A model generated the notes under the pieces. That model was not told the origin of the DNA and ran no database searches. It worked only from the letters and a program-made list of their open reading frames with translations. DNA of 64,000 nucleotides from Candidatus Micrarchaeota archaeon (GTDB lineage Archaea > Micrarchaeota > Micrarchaeia > Anstonellales > Bilamarchaeaceae). Location: NCBI GenBank assembly GCA_022627495.1, contig JAKEGJ010000021.1:14612-78611 (forward strand). Reading direction: 5' to 3'. The translations under genes and the position numbers were made by a program. Shown piece after piece: positions 1 through 7,945 of this stretch (its first letter is position 1; each line of letters begins with the position of its first letter).

Positions 1-1254
1 GATTTTGCGCCCGTCGCCGAGGGTCAATTCGCGCTTGAAAAGGAAGGACTGCAGGAATATGCGCTCATAATACCCAGTCCCGAGCACGCTAATGATGGAT
101 GAGAGGGCGATTGGGAGGATGACCACCTCGATGCTGAACCCTGCAAAGCCGGGATAAAGGACTACGAACGTCGCCAAAGTCGCGCTGAGGAGGTCGCGGG
201 GAATCATGACCGCGAGCAGGAGGTCCTCGTTGTGCTGGGAGACCTTTATCAGGTTCGCCACAAGAAGAATCAGGCAGCGGCAGAGGAGTATCACGATAAT
301 CATGGTCAGCGCAAGGAGCACGTTGCCCGGCTCAAGCAGCAAATCCGGCCGGGCCACCATGCCGAGGTAGACGAAGAAGAAGGTGCTTATGAAAAGTGAG
401 ACCTCTTCGCGGAAGCCCTTCACGGTGTCCTCCAGGTCCAGGCGCCCGGAGATGCCCATAAGCCGGAACACCTCACCGGAATTGCCTATGACCAGCCCTA
501 TCAGGGCGATGGAAATTACGCCTATTCCGCCGAGGAGCTCGTAATCCACGAAAAAGAGCATTAGGAGCGCGGAAAACGTCAGGAGGTATCCGAATTTCCG
601 TATCCTGAACCTGAAAAGGGCCCAAAGTATGACCAGGCCCGCGGCGAGGCCGAGGATGAAAGAGACCGAGAAGGAGGACAGGACCAGCGGGAGGATGGGC
701 GTGGCGCCCGCTTCAGAATACGGGTAGCGCAGGAGGGTTATCGCCATCGCGCTCACCAGGATGGCGGACAGCGTGCCTTCGAGGTAGAGGATGCCCCGGG
801 CGTGGTTGCTTGTGCGGACGAAGGGGAGCATGGAGTAGATGGCGAACGAGGAGGGGCCGCCGAAAATGACCGCAAGGAGGAGCGATGCCGCCATGTCCCA
901 CGCGAAAAGGAAATGGAGCAGGAATGCGAGGATGCAGATGCAGAGCGCCATGTTGGTTATCGCGAATAGCGTCGAAAACGACAGGCTTTTCAGGATTTGG
1001 CCGACCTTCAGGTGGAGGCCGGCGTCGAAAACGAAGGACACGATGGCGACTGCGCCGACCACCGGCGCTATGCTGCGGAAGCTTTGCAGGTTGATTTCGA
1101 ACGCGGAGAAGCTGGAGAAGGGGCCCATGGGGCCGAGCGCGAACCCGATGGCGAGGAGGATGAGGATTTCCGGAATACGCGTGCGCACGAACACCCACCG
1201 GCCCACGAAGCCTATGAATGCAATCAGCCCAATCAAAAAAAGTATCTCGAACAT
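1..1254 (-). CDS. Cation/proton antiporter (Na+/H+ exchanger, CPA family); C-terminus runs off the left edge
   Basis: Missing from the ORF track because it has no in-window stop. I checked + strand triplets in frame 1 and found no tta/cta/tca from 1 to 1275. ATG at 1254-1252 gives MFEILFLIGLIAFIGFVGRWVFVRTRIPEILILLAIGFALGPMGPF..., a continuously hydrophobic multi-TM protein with a typical Na+/H+ exchanger N-terminus. TATA-like aagatattaataa lies just upstream. The listed 713..1315(-) ORF is an R/P-rich shadow frame. Confidence 0.7.
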   Translation of the reverse strand, partial: MFEILFLIGLIAFIGFVGRWVFVRTRIPEILILLAIGFALGPMGPFSSFSAFEINLQSFRSIAPVVGAVAIVSFVFDAGLHLKVGQILKSLSFSTLFAITNMALCICILAFLLHFLFAWDMAASLLLAVIFGGPSSFAIYSMLPFVRTSNHARGILYLEGTLSAILVSAMAITLLRYPYSEAGATPILPLVLSSFSVSFILGLAAGLVILWALFRFRIRKFGYLLTFSALLMLFFVDYELLGGIGVISIALIGLVIGNSGEVFRLMGISGRLDLEDTVKGFREEVSLFISTFFFVYLGMVARPDLLLEPGNVLLALTMIIVILLCRCLILLVANLIKVSQHNEDLLLAVMIPRDLLSATLATFVVLYPGFAGFSIEVVILPIALSSIISVLGTGYYERIFLQSFLFKRELTLGDGRKI

Positions 1255-1344
1255 GAACCCGAATGGGGGACGGTGTTATTAATATCTTTGGGCGCCCCAC
1301 GCCGTCAATCGCCATAATTTGGAGGCGGCTCTTAAAACCCCGCC

Positions 1345-1598
1345 TGAGGTTTCACAAAGGACGGAGTCAGACCGGACAGGAAGTTTGATGAAAATTTATC
1401 CGGAGCCAAGGCTAAGGAAATTTTCAAGTGAGGGGCATAGTCCGCCAGGAAGGGGCTCATCGGCAATTCTTATGCGTCCCCTTCCCAACCCCCACTTGAG
1501 GTTTCACAAAGGACGGAGTCAGACCGGACAGGATGTTTGATGAAAATTTATCCGGAGCCAAGGCTAAGGAAATTTTCAAGTGAGGGGCATAGTCCGCC
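1345..1598. repeat. Two 102-bp direct repeats (1345-1446 and 1497-1598) separated by a 50-bp spacer
   Basis: tgaggtttcacaaaggacggagtcagaccggacagga[a/t]gtttgatgaaaatttatccggagccaaggctaaggaaattttcaagtgaggggcatagtccgcc occurs twice with a single mismatch (1381 vs 1533). Each copy has an internal 9-bp inverted repeat, tgaaaattt/aaattttca. Confidence 0.9.
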
Positions 1599-1817
1599 TT
1601 CTGTATTTCGGCAGCATTTGACTACCCTAAAAAACGTCGCCGGTTTTTGGGGCCCATTGACCGAAGTCAATTGGGAGCGGCGCGAAAGCGCCTTGCTCCG
1701 TCATCGAGATAAGACACGATACGTTGCATCCCGCGCCGTTTCCGGCTCTGGGTATCGTTTCTGTTCCGTGCCCGCCCCCTTAAAGGGCAATATCTCTCGC
1801 GGAGGGCGGAACTTCCT

Positions 1818-1888
1818 CAGTTTCCAGTTTCCCGTGCCCGGTGCCCAGTATTTCGAAACTGGAAACCGGAAACTCGAGACCGGAAACC
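1818..1888. repeat. GGAAAC-heptad cluster: 12-bp inverted repeat plus 5 direct heptads
   Basis: gtttccagtttc (1820-1831) is the exact reverse complement of gaaactggaaac (1855-1866), with a 23-nt spacer. The right arm continues as cgaaac-tggaaac-cggaaac-tcgagac-cggaaac. The 20-mer cgaaactggaaaccggaaac recurs at 10373 and, with one change, at 62000. Confidence 0.85.
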
Positions 1889-1964
1889 GTAGGCTGCCTG
1901 CCCCTCACTCGGATTATATTGTGCGTTAAAAGGATTAAAAGCCTGAGGATTGCAGGAGGAAAGC

Positions 1965-3131
1965 GTGAAAGGCAGGGAACTCATTCTGCTCGGCCTCGCT
2001 GCTGTGCTGGCAATCGGGACCATCGCATTCCTGGCGCTATTCCTCCAAAGCTCCTCCGAGAATAAAAACCTCAGGGCGGAACTGGCCGCTACGAAGGCGA
2101 ACCTCAGCTCGGCCCAGTACGCCCTCGGCATGAGGGAGGATGAGCTGGAAAGAAAGAACGGCGACATCGGGCGCCAGCAGGAGCAAATCGGGAACCTCTC
2201 GCTCGCGCTGGCGGGCAGGCTGTCGGATATCGAAGAGCTCCGCGAGAGGCTGAACGAGAGCGAGGCCGAGCTCGAAAAGACCAAAAACACGCTCGCGGAA
2301 GCAGAGGAGGACATCGCCCGCATAAGGGAAGAGGCGATAGCGATGGACGGCCAGATAAGCGAGTCCATCCAGTGGTTCCGGGATAATTCTGCCCTGCCAT
2401 CAACGCTGAAGACGGACCGGTTCATGAACAAGGTCGAAAAAAACTGCGAAAAAGACGATACCCTCAACCTCGCCTGCGTCTCATACCTGATGGAAGAGGA
2501 GCTTGGATTCGTCTACAAGGATGACCCGACGGGTGACAGGCTTTACTCCATAGATGAAATAATCGCCAGAAAAGGCGGGGACTGCGAGGATTATTCGCTT
2601 TTCTTCAAGGCGTTCCTGAATGGCATCAGGCAGGAAGACCTTGGAATCGAGGCGTTTACTGCCGGTGCCGGAAAGTATGTCGTTTATGAGGATGCGGGTG
2701 AAGGCAGGTATTGGTATTACGAAGACAGCGAGGGCGTTGCTATCGGGAACGCGGAAAACAGCAACCCGTACTCGGTCTGCTACTTCTTCGAAACGCAGGG
2801 CGCGACCAGGATAGGGCATTGCCTGATTATGCTCACGAACAGGACGATAGATTCGCCCGATGACATCACTAACGCCAACCTGGCCGGCTCGGCTCTATTC
2901 GAGCCACAGGATGGCAGGTACATGGGCGGTATCGGCGAGGAATTCACTGTCTGCGAAGACGGCGATTCCTCCTGCGGCATGCGGGATTACGCGCTCGCGT
3001 TCATAATAACCGACGCCGACCTTTACCACTTCAGCGAAGGGAAATGGAACTATTATGAAGGGCGGAAGGAGGAGCTGGGCGCACTCCTTGAGAGCCTTGA
3101 GCGCGTCGAGCTGGGATACCCCCCGCGCTAG
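1965..3131 (+). CDS. Membrane-anchored coiled-coil protein with a C-terminal transglutaminase-like cysteine-protease core
   Basis: ORF 1950..3131. GTG at 1965 is preceded by AGGAGG 5 nt upstream and is the likelier start than TTG at 1950. It has an N-terminal TM helix (LILLGLAAVLAIGTIAFLALFL) and a ~120-aa heptad-rich segment. GGDCEDYSLFF and a later GHC fit the transglutaminase-like Cys/His pattern. Confidence 0.65.
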   Translation: MKGRELILLGLAAVLAIGTIAFLALFLQSSSENKNLRAELAATKANLSSAQYALGMREDELERKNGDIGRQQEQIGNLSLALAGRLSDIEELRERLNESEAELEKTKNTLAEAEEDIARIREEAIAMDGQISESIQWFRDNSALPSTLKTDRFMNKVEKNCEKDDTLNLACVSYLMEEELGFVYKDDPTGDRLYSIDEIIARKGGDCEDYSLFFKAFLNGIRQEDLGIEAFTAGAGKYVVYEDAGEGRYWYYEDSEGVAIGNAENSNPYSVCYFFETQGATRIGHCLIMLTNRTIDSPDDITNANLAGSALFEPQDGRYMGGIGEEFTVCEDGDSSCGMRDYALAFIITDADLYHFSEGKWNYYEGRKEELGALLESLERVELGYPPR

Positions 3132-4117
3132 CGGAATGGCCGCGAGTTCCTGCGGAGCGGCCTCAGCCCTGATTGCGCCGAGAGTGATGCTTCAATGGAT
3201 TCGAGCTCGGCCGAATCCAGGGCGGCGCACATGTCGGCCTCTATCAGTATCGCGGGGTAGGCGAAGTTGTCGCTGATGGCCGAAAGGCTGCAGATTGCCG
3301 ATGCCGCTTCGTCTACCCCGGAATCCAGCAGTTCGATGCGGAGCGGAAGGTCGTTTTTGGACGGCTTGAGATAGAACACCCGGATGCGCCCGCCAAGCGC
3401 GCCTACTTCGGCATTCGGGGCCTTGCCTTCGAAATACCCCATCTCCCGCGTCCGCTCTCCCTCTTCAAGAAGGTATCCGCAGAGCAGGGTGTCCGAGCAG
3501 GACGCGCCCAGTTCCTTCGCGAGCTTCCGGGAACGCGAATCCTTGACCACTCCGCAAAGCATGCATCCCCGGTCCCCGCAGCCGGAATACAATTTGCCAT
3601 AAAGTGAGAGCACCTCGTCATAGAGCGGGCGCAGCCCGCTGCCTTCGGGAGGGCGGTCGCCCGGAAGCGGGAGGAGCGAGCCGTCCATGAGAAGGAGCCG
3701 TGGGCGGAATTTATCGAGCGCTTCGATTGCGCATGCAAGCTCGTGCCGCAGGCGGATAAGCGAGCGGAAAACAAGCGCCTCGTGCTCCTCGAGCGAATTC
3801 CTTATATCGAGTGCCGGCTTGGGGCTTTTGGAGGGCAGGTATGCGTTGGATTTGATTTTCGAGCATTCGTAGACGAAATGCGCGGCCACCGCCCTTGCCA
3901 CTACGATGTCCGCCCCGTGCATGCGCCCTGCCAGAAGGCCGCCGTCAACCGCGCAGACGGAAAGCGAGATTGGGGAGCGCCCCACCCCGATAACGAGCGA
4001 AGGGTCGGTTTCGCGCGCGATGCGGGCTTTCTTGCGGAGCCCTTCGTAGCCCTCCCTAATCTCGCGCGCAAGTTCCGCAATCCGCTCCCGCATGGAGGGA
4101 ATCTCGCCTGAAAACAT
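3128..4117 (-). CDS. nurA: NurA-family 5'-3' nuclease (DNA end resection)
   Basis: 329 aa. The NurA-type motif order is present: CAVDGG, LLLMDGSLLPLP, GVVKDSRSRKL, YPAILIEADMCA. ATG at 4117. Confidence 0.7.
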   Translation of the reverse strand: MFSGEIPSMRERIAELAREIREGYEGLRKKARIARETDPSLVIGVGRSPISLSVCAVDGGLLAGRMHGADIVVARAVAAHFVYECSKIKSNAYLPSKSPKPALDIRNSLEEHEALVFRSLIRLRHELACAIEALDKFRPRLLLMDGSLLPLPGDRPPEGSGLRPLYDEVLSLYGKLYSGCGDRGCMLCGVVKDSRSRKLAKELGASCSDTLLCGYLLEEGERTREMGYFEGKAPNAEVGALGGRIRVFYLKPSKNDLPLRIELLDSGVDEAASAICSLSAISDNFAYPAILIEADMCAALDSAELESIEASLSAQSGLRPLRRNSRPFR

Positions 4118-4156
4118 ATTTTAAGTGTGCGGGGGATAATGAGTCTCGGTGCACTT

Positions 4157-4672
4157 ATGATTTTATCAGACAGCGACATAAAGAAAATGCTCGAGGAAGG
4201 ATTGCTGAAGATTGCCCCGCTGGCCGGCGACCAGATAGGCCCGGCGAGCGTGGATTTGACGCTCAGCGACGAGTGGTACTTCTTCAAGGACGAGTATTCC
4301 CGGAAAATCGTGGACCTCCGCGTGACCGGGTTCGAGGAAGCCTACGAGATGAAGAAAGCCGCGGAGATTACGCTGAAACCGGGCGAGCTGTGCCTCGGAA
4401 AGACGCAGGAAAGGCTCACCCTCCCCAAAAACGTCATGGGGAAGCTGGAGGGCAGGAGCAGGTATGCGAGGATGGGCGTGATAATCCATTTGACAAGCGC
4501 CCTGGTCCAGCCCGGCAGCGACAACCGCCAGGTCCTTGAAATCGTCAACCTCGCGCCCTTCCCGATAAAACTCCATGCCGGCATGCGCGTGTCGCAGGTC
4601 GTTTTCGAGCTTCTGAAGACTAATACGGAAAAGCCGTATGCGAAATTCGGCGAGATTGCGAGGCAGCAATAG
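4157..4672 (+). CDS. dcd: dCTP deaminase
   Basis: MILSDSDIKKMLEEG..., PASVDLTL and GKLEGRSRYARMGV are typical of the Dcd/dUTPase superfamily. The track ORF starts at 4127, but the in-frame ATG at 4157 gives the canonical MILSD N-terminus and sits ~35 nt downstream of TATA-like atattttaag. Confidence 0.85.
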   Translation: MILSDSDIKKMLEEGLLKIAPLAGDQIGPASVDLTLSDEWYFFKDEYSRKIVDLRVTGFEEAYEMKKAAEITLKPGELCLGKTQERLTLPKNVMGKLEGRSRYARMGVIIHLTSALVQPGSDNRQVLEIVNLAPFPIKLHAGMRVSQVVFELLKTNTEKPYAKFGEIARQQ

Positions 4673-5281
4673 ATGATTAAATTCGACCCGGTCACAATCG
4701 CCACCCTCGCTGTGCTGCTCGCCATGGTGATGCTTGGCGCATCGATGTTCCGGTCCTTTTTCGAGAACCCGCAGGTTGTCTACAGCGAGGCGCCCCTCCA
4801 GAAAAACAGGGAGTTCCAGTTGCTGCCCGGGGAGACGTACCGCTATTCATACCTCATGAACAACACTACGGCCAACATGACGTTCATCATCCTCGAAGGC
4901 GAGGGCTGCACGCGCATTGAAGTGGCCGAGGCGAGAAACTCTTCCGATGTGTGCGTGGACCGGTGGGGCCTGGACAAATCAGGCTCGAACGTTTCCCTGG
5001 GGAACCCGTACATCCTGCTTTTCAAGCCATGGATGCTCGCGCTCAGGGAAGGCTGGACTTGGAACAATTCGATGTTCCTGTCCTTCGACGGGGCGTCGGA
5101 ATATGTAACGGACAACTACTACCGCGTCGTCCGGATGGAGAACTACAGCGGGAGGACGAGCTACATAGTCGAGATAAAATCCGGAACCGGCGCCGTGGAA
5201 TACGACTGGGTGGATGATGAGAAAAGGGTGCTCTTGCGCGTCCAGGGCGAAGGATACGAGGTCGTCCTCGCGGATGATTAG
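4673..5281 (+). CDS. Hypothetical N-terminally anchored extracellular protein
   Basis: The ATG directly follows the dcd stop (tagATG). It has one N-terminal TM helix followed by a soluble domain with several N-X-S/T sequons (NNTT, NMT, NSS, NVS, NNS, NYS). No recognisable family. Confidence 0.6.
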   Translation: MIKFDPVTIATLAVLLAMVMLGASMFRSFFENPQVVYSEAPLQKNREFQLLPGETYRYSYLMNNTTANMTFIILEGEGCTRIEVAEARNSSDVCVDRWGLDKSGSNVSLGNPYILLFKPWMLALREGWTWNNSMFLSFDGASEYVTDNYYRVVRMENYSGRTSYIVEIKSGTGAVEYDWVDDEKRVLLRVQGEGYEVVLADD

Positions 5282-5460
5282 CTGGCGGAGCCGTTGCGCA
5301 CGACGGACAGCGGTATTATGCCTTTTTCAAGCTCGACTTCCGCTATATCGATGAAAGAGGTGCGGACGCTGTCGGTCTTGACGAGCGGCGGCGCCCCCAT
5401 GGACAGCTGGAGAGCCCGTGCTCCGATTAGCCTTGCGATTTCGTATTTTGTGAGTTCCAT
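5278..5460 (-). CDS. rpoK: DNA-directed RNA polymerase subunit K (Rpo6/omega)
   Basis: 60 aa. MELTKYEIARLIGARALQLSMGAPPLV matches the conserved Rpo6 core (TKYE..ARIIGARALQ...GAP). Confidence 0.85.
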   Translation of the reverse strand: MELTKYEIARLIGARALQLSMGAPPLVKTDSVRTSFIDIAEVELEKGIIPLSVVRNGSAS

Positions 5461-5496
5461 CTGGTTCCACCAAAGAATTTGCGGACATAATAACGG

Positions 5497-6726
5497 TCAC
5501 AAAACGATATAAACGTTTCCTTTCTTCCCAAGCGTCAGGCCGGTCTCGCCCGAGAACTCGAACGTCTTCGCCAGGCCGCCTACGACCTTGATGCGCATCC
5601 CCGGCTGCAGAAGCGCCCCGCGGTTGTCGAAAAGGTAGATGATGCCCTCGTTGCCGGTCTGGTCGTTCACGAGGACGCGGGTGGCCGTGGCCTTCGCCTT
5701 CTTGGTCTTCTGGTATTCCAGATTCTCCACGGTCTTCGCGGTGAGGATTTCAGTGTTGATGTTGCGCATGCCGTCTTTGATCTTGGTGATGTTGGTGACG
5801 TTCATCTCCTTGAAGCGCTTCTTGGCCATGCGGAAGGCGAGGCCGATTTCACGCCGGGCGTCTTCTATCATGCGGTTCATCTCCTGCTTCATGACGTCCT
5901 CGTCGCCTTCCGAGAGCATCATCGTCTCGTACGCCTTTTTGAAGAACGTGTCGGGCAGGTGCTCGATTTCCTCGCGCTCCTTGAATTCCTCGATTTCCGC
6001 CACCTCTAGCGATGCGGCTTCCGATGAGAGCTTGTCCGGCGGCTCGGCGCTCCTGCCGACTTCCTCCAGTTCGCCGTCAAGCACCTGCTCCTCGGCGGGT
6101 CGGACCGGAGGATGCACCAGTGCCTGCGCCTGCCCCGGCCGGGAGTCCTGCGCGGCGGACGGCTGCTGCTGGTTCGCTTGCGGCCCCGCCGCGGGGATGA
6201 ACGGGAGGTTCGGGCCGTCGCCGATTCGGTCCAAATCGGACATTACTTCGAGATAATTGGTGAGGAATTCCTGCATCACCTTCCGGCCGCCTTCCTCGTT
6301 CTTCTTCTTGCTGCCGTGCTGCTGGTGCACCTTGAGGTAAATCTTGTCGATGGTCGGCATCATCTTGGTTTTTGCGATGTCGGCCTTCTCCTTGCCAAGG
6401 CGCTTCTCGAATATCTGCGTAATCGGGCGAAGCATCTTCTCCTTCGCGTCAGCCGGCGCCTCCTCCTCCCCTTCCTTCTTCTCGGGGCTGGAGAATATCG
6501 TGGCGAACGACATCAGTTCGGGCTCGGTCTGCTTCTTCTTGTCCAGGTACTGCTGGGCGATCTCGCGCACGGACGGGTCCTTGTCGAAGCTCAGTTCCAC
6601 AAGGGCGAACACTGCGCCCGGGTCGTTTATCTCGCTTAGGGACTTTGCCGCCTGCTTGCGGACTTCCGGCCTTTCGTCGAATGTGAGAGAAACTAGCTTG
6701 TTGATATTAGCGGTTACGGAGTCCAT
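5497..6726 (-). CDS. HEAT-repeat plus acidic/low-complexity linker plus C-terminal OB-fold protein (function unknown)
   Basis: The N-terminus PEVRKQAAKSLSEINDPGAVFALVELSFDKDPSVREIAQQYL looks like PBS-lyase/HEAT repeats. The C-terminus (VLVNDQTGNEGIIYLFDNRGALLQPGMRIKVVGGLAKTFEFSGETGLTLGKKGNVYIV) looks like an RPA/SSB-like OB fold. ATG at 6726 is preferred over the GTG at 6741. Confidence 0.6.
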   Translation of the reverse strand: MDSVTANINKLVSLTFDERPEVRKQAAKSLSEINDPGAVFALVELSFDKDPSVREIAQQYLDKKKQTEPELMSFATIFSSPEKKEGEEEAPADAKEKMLRPITQIFEKRLGKEKADIAKTKMMPTIDKIYLKVHQQHGSKKKNEEGGRKVMQEFLTNYLEVMSDLDRIGDGPNLPFIPAAGPQANQQQPSAAQDSRPGQAQALVHPPVRPAEEQVLDGELEEVGRSAEPPDKLSSEAASLEVAEIEEFKEREEIEHLPDTFFKKAYETMMLSEGDEDVMKQEMNRMIEDARREIGLAFRMAKKRFKEMNVTNITKIKDGMRNINTEILTAKTVENLEYQKTKKAKATATRVLVNDQTGNEGIIYLFDNRGALLQPGMRIKVVGGLAKTFEFSGETGLTLGKKGNVYIVL

Positions 6727-6817
6727 GTGAATCCTTCCCACCTATTCCAGCCAACCTATTTAATGATTTTCCCGCACGACGGCGGCATGGGGGGCCGGGG
6801 GAGGCGGGCGGGTTCCA

Positions 6818-7891
6818 TCATCCTTGGATTATCTTCCCGATGGCGTCAAGGCACGCGTCCAGGTCCTTCATCTCGAAGTTGCCCATGTGCGCCATCCTAA
6901 GGCCGTTGTCCTTGTACTTCCCGCGCGCTCCCACGATTTTTATCTGGTAATCAGTTGCGAGCTTTGCCTTAATCGACTTGGCCTGCTCAGCGTCCCTGCA
7001 CACGAAACCCGTGACGGTGTTCGACTCGAATCCGGCTTCGGCCGTGAGGTGGAAGCCCATGGCTTTCAGGCGTGAGCGCACATGCTCTGACGCCTCGCGG
7101 TGGCGCTTCACCGCAGCCGGCAAACCGCCTCCGGCATCCAGCACGTCGAATGCCTTCTGCAGCGCCCAGAAGAGGGTGACCGCTGGCGTGTTCGGCGTCT
7201 GCTGGTCCTGGAGATAGCGCTTCTTGTGCCTGCGGAGGTCGCAATAATAGCTCGGTATGTTCGCGCGCTTCGAATACCTCTCGGCCGCTTCCTTGGATAG
7301 CCCGATTAGGGCCATGCCCGGGGGGGCTGCGATGCCCTTCTGGCTCCCGGTCACGAACGCGTCCACGAAAAACTCCTGCATGCTGAATTCGGTGCCCGGC
7401 CAGGCGGATATGCCGTCAACAATCGTGAGCATGCCCTTGGATTTCGCGTACTTGCAGATTTCCCGGATGTCGTTGCGGACTCCCATCGAAGTCTCGTTGT
7501 ACACCATGGCAAGCACATTCGCCCTGCTTTCATCTATGAAGGGCTTCGCCCTCTCGAGGCTCCATCCCTTGCCGTCCTCGAGGCGCTGGACAACCGCATC
7601 GGCATACACCTTCACGGTGGTCGCCTGGTGGTCGCCGAATTCGCCGTTAGGGAGGCACAGGACGCGGTCGTTCCTCTCGCAGAGGTTTAGGATGAGCGTC
7701 TCAAGGCCCAGGGCGCCCGAGCCGGTGATTACGTAGGCCTCCTCCGCGCCGAAATAATTCTTCAGGCGCGTCACCAAATCGCCATAGAGCTTCGTGAAAT
7801 CCCCGCTCCGGTGCGTTATCATCTCCTTGCACTGGGCTTCGGAAATCTCCTTCAGGACTGGCACAGGACCGGGGGCTAAGAGCACAGACAT
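6818..7891 (-). CDS. Class V pyridoxal-phosphate aminotransferase (serine-pyruvate/alanine-glyoxylate or archaeal SerC-like)
   Basis: MSVLLAPGPVPV N-terminus and FVTGSQKGIAAPPG (PLP-lysine motif SQK). The track start at 7921 is GTG. ATG at 7891 gives the canonical N-terminus. Confidence 0.8.
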   Translation of the reverse strand: MSVLLAPGPVPVLKEISEAQCKEMITHRSGDFTKLYGDLVTRLKNYFGAEEAYVITGSGALGLETLILNLCERNDRVLCLPNGEFGDHQATTVKVYADAVVQRLEDGKGWSLERAKPFIDESRANVLAMVYNETSMGVRNDIREICKYAKSKGMLTIVDGISAWPGTEFSMQEFFVDAFVTGSQKGIAAPPGMALIGLSKEAAERYSKRANIPSYYCDLRRHKKRYLQDQQTPNTPAVTLFWALQKAFDVLDAGGGLPAAVKRHREASEHVRSRLKAMGFHLTAEAGFESNTVTGFVCRDAEQAKSIKAKLATDYQIKIVGARGKYKDNGLRMAHMGNFEMKDLDACLDAIGKIIQG

Positions 7892-7945
7892 AAAACTCAC
7901 CAATGGGTTATCTTCAGACACTGTTGCAGCGGAAAAATAAAATAC

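Noticed and set aside
713-1315. 200-aa minus-strand ORF, and the + strand ORFs at 839..1282, 885..1094 and 997..1317
   Set aside because: They are extremely R/P/G/H-rich and overlap the genuine antiporter frame (1..1254, minus), which has a clean multi-TM translation. They are typical off-frame shadows in GC-rich DNA.
1345-1598. CRISPR array or C/D-box sRNA interpretation of the 102-bp repeats
   Set aside because: There are only two copies. The 102-bp unit is far longer than a CRISPR repeat, and no cas genes are present. Each copy has a TGATGA (C-box-like), but there is no CTGA D box at the right distance and no C'/D' pair.
1818-1888. Calling the GGAAAC/TTCCAGT elements a replication origin (ORB boxes)
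   Set aside because: Only a partial resemblance to ORB cores. The spacer between the inverted copies is GC-rich, not an AT-rich DUE. No orc1/cdc6 gene is adjacent, and the copies are dispersed over 60 kb. It is kept as a finding but not annotated as an origin.
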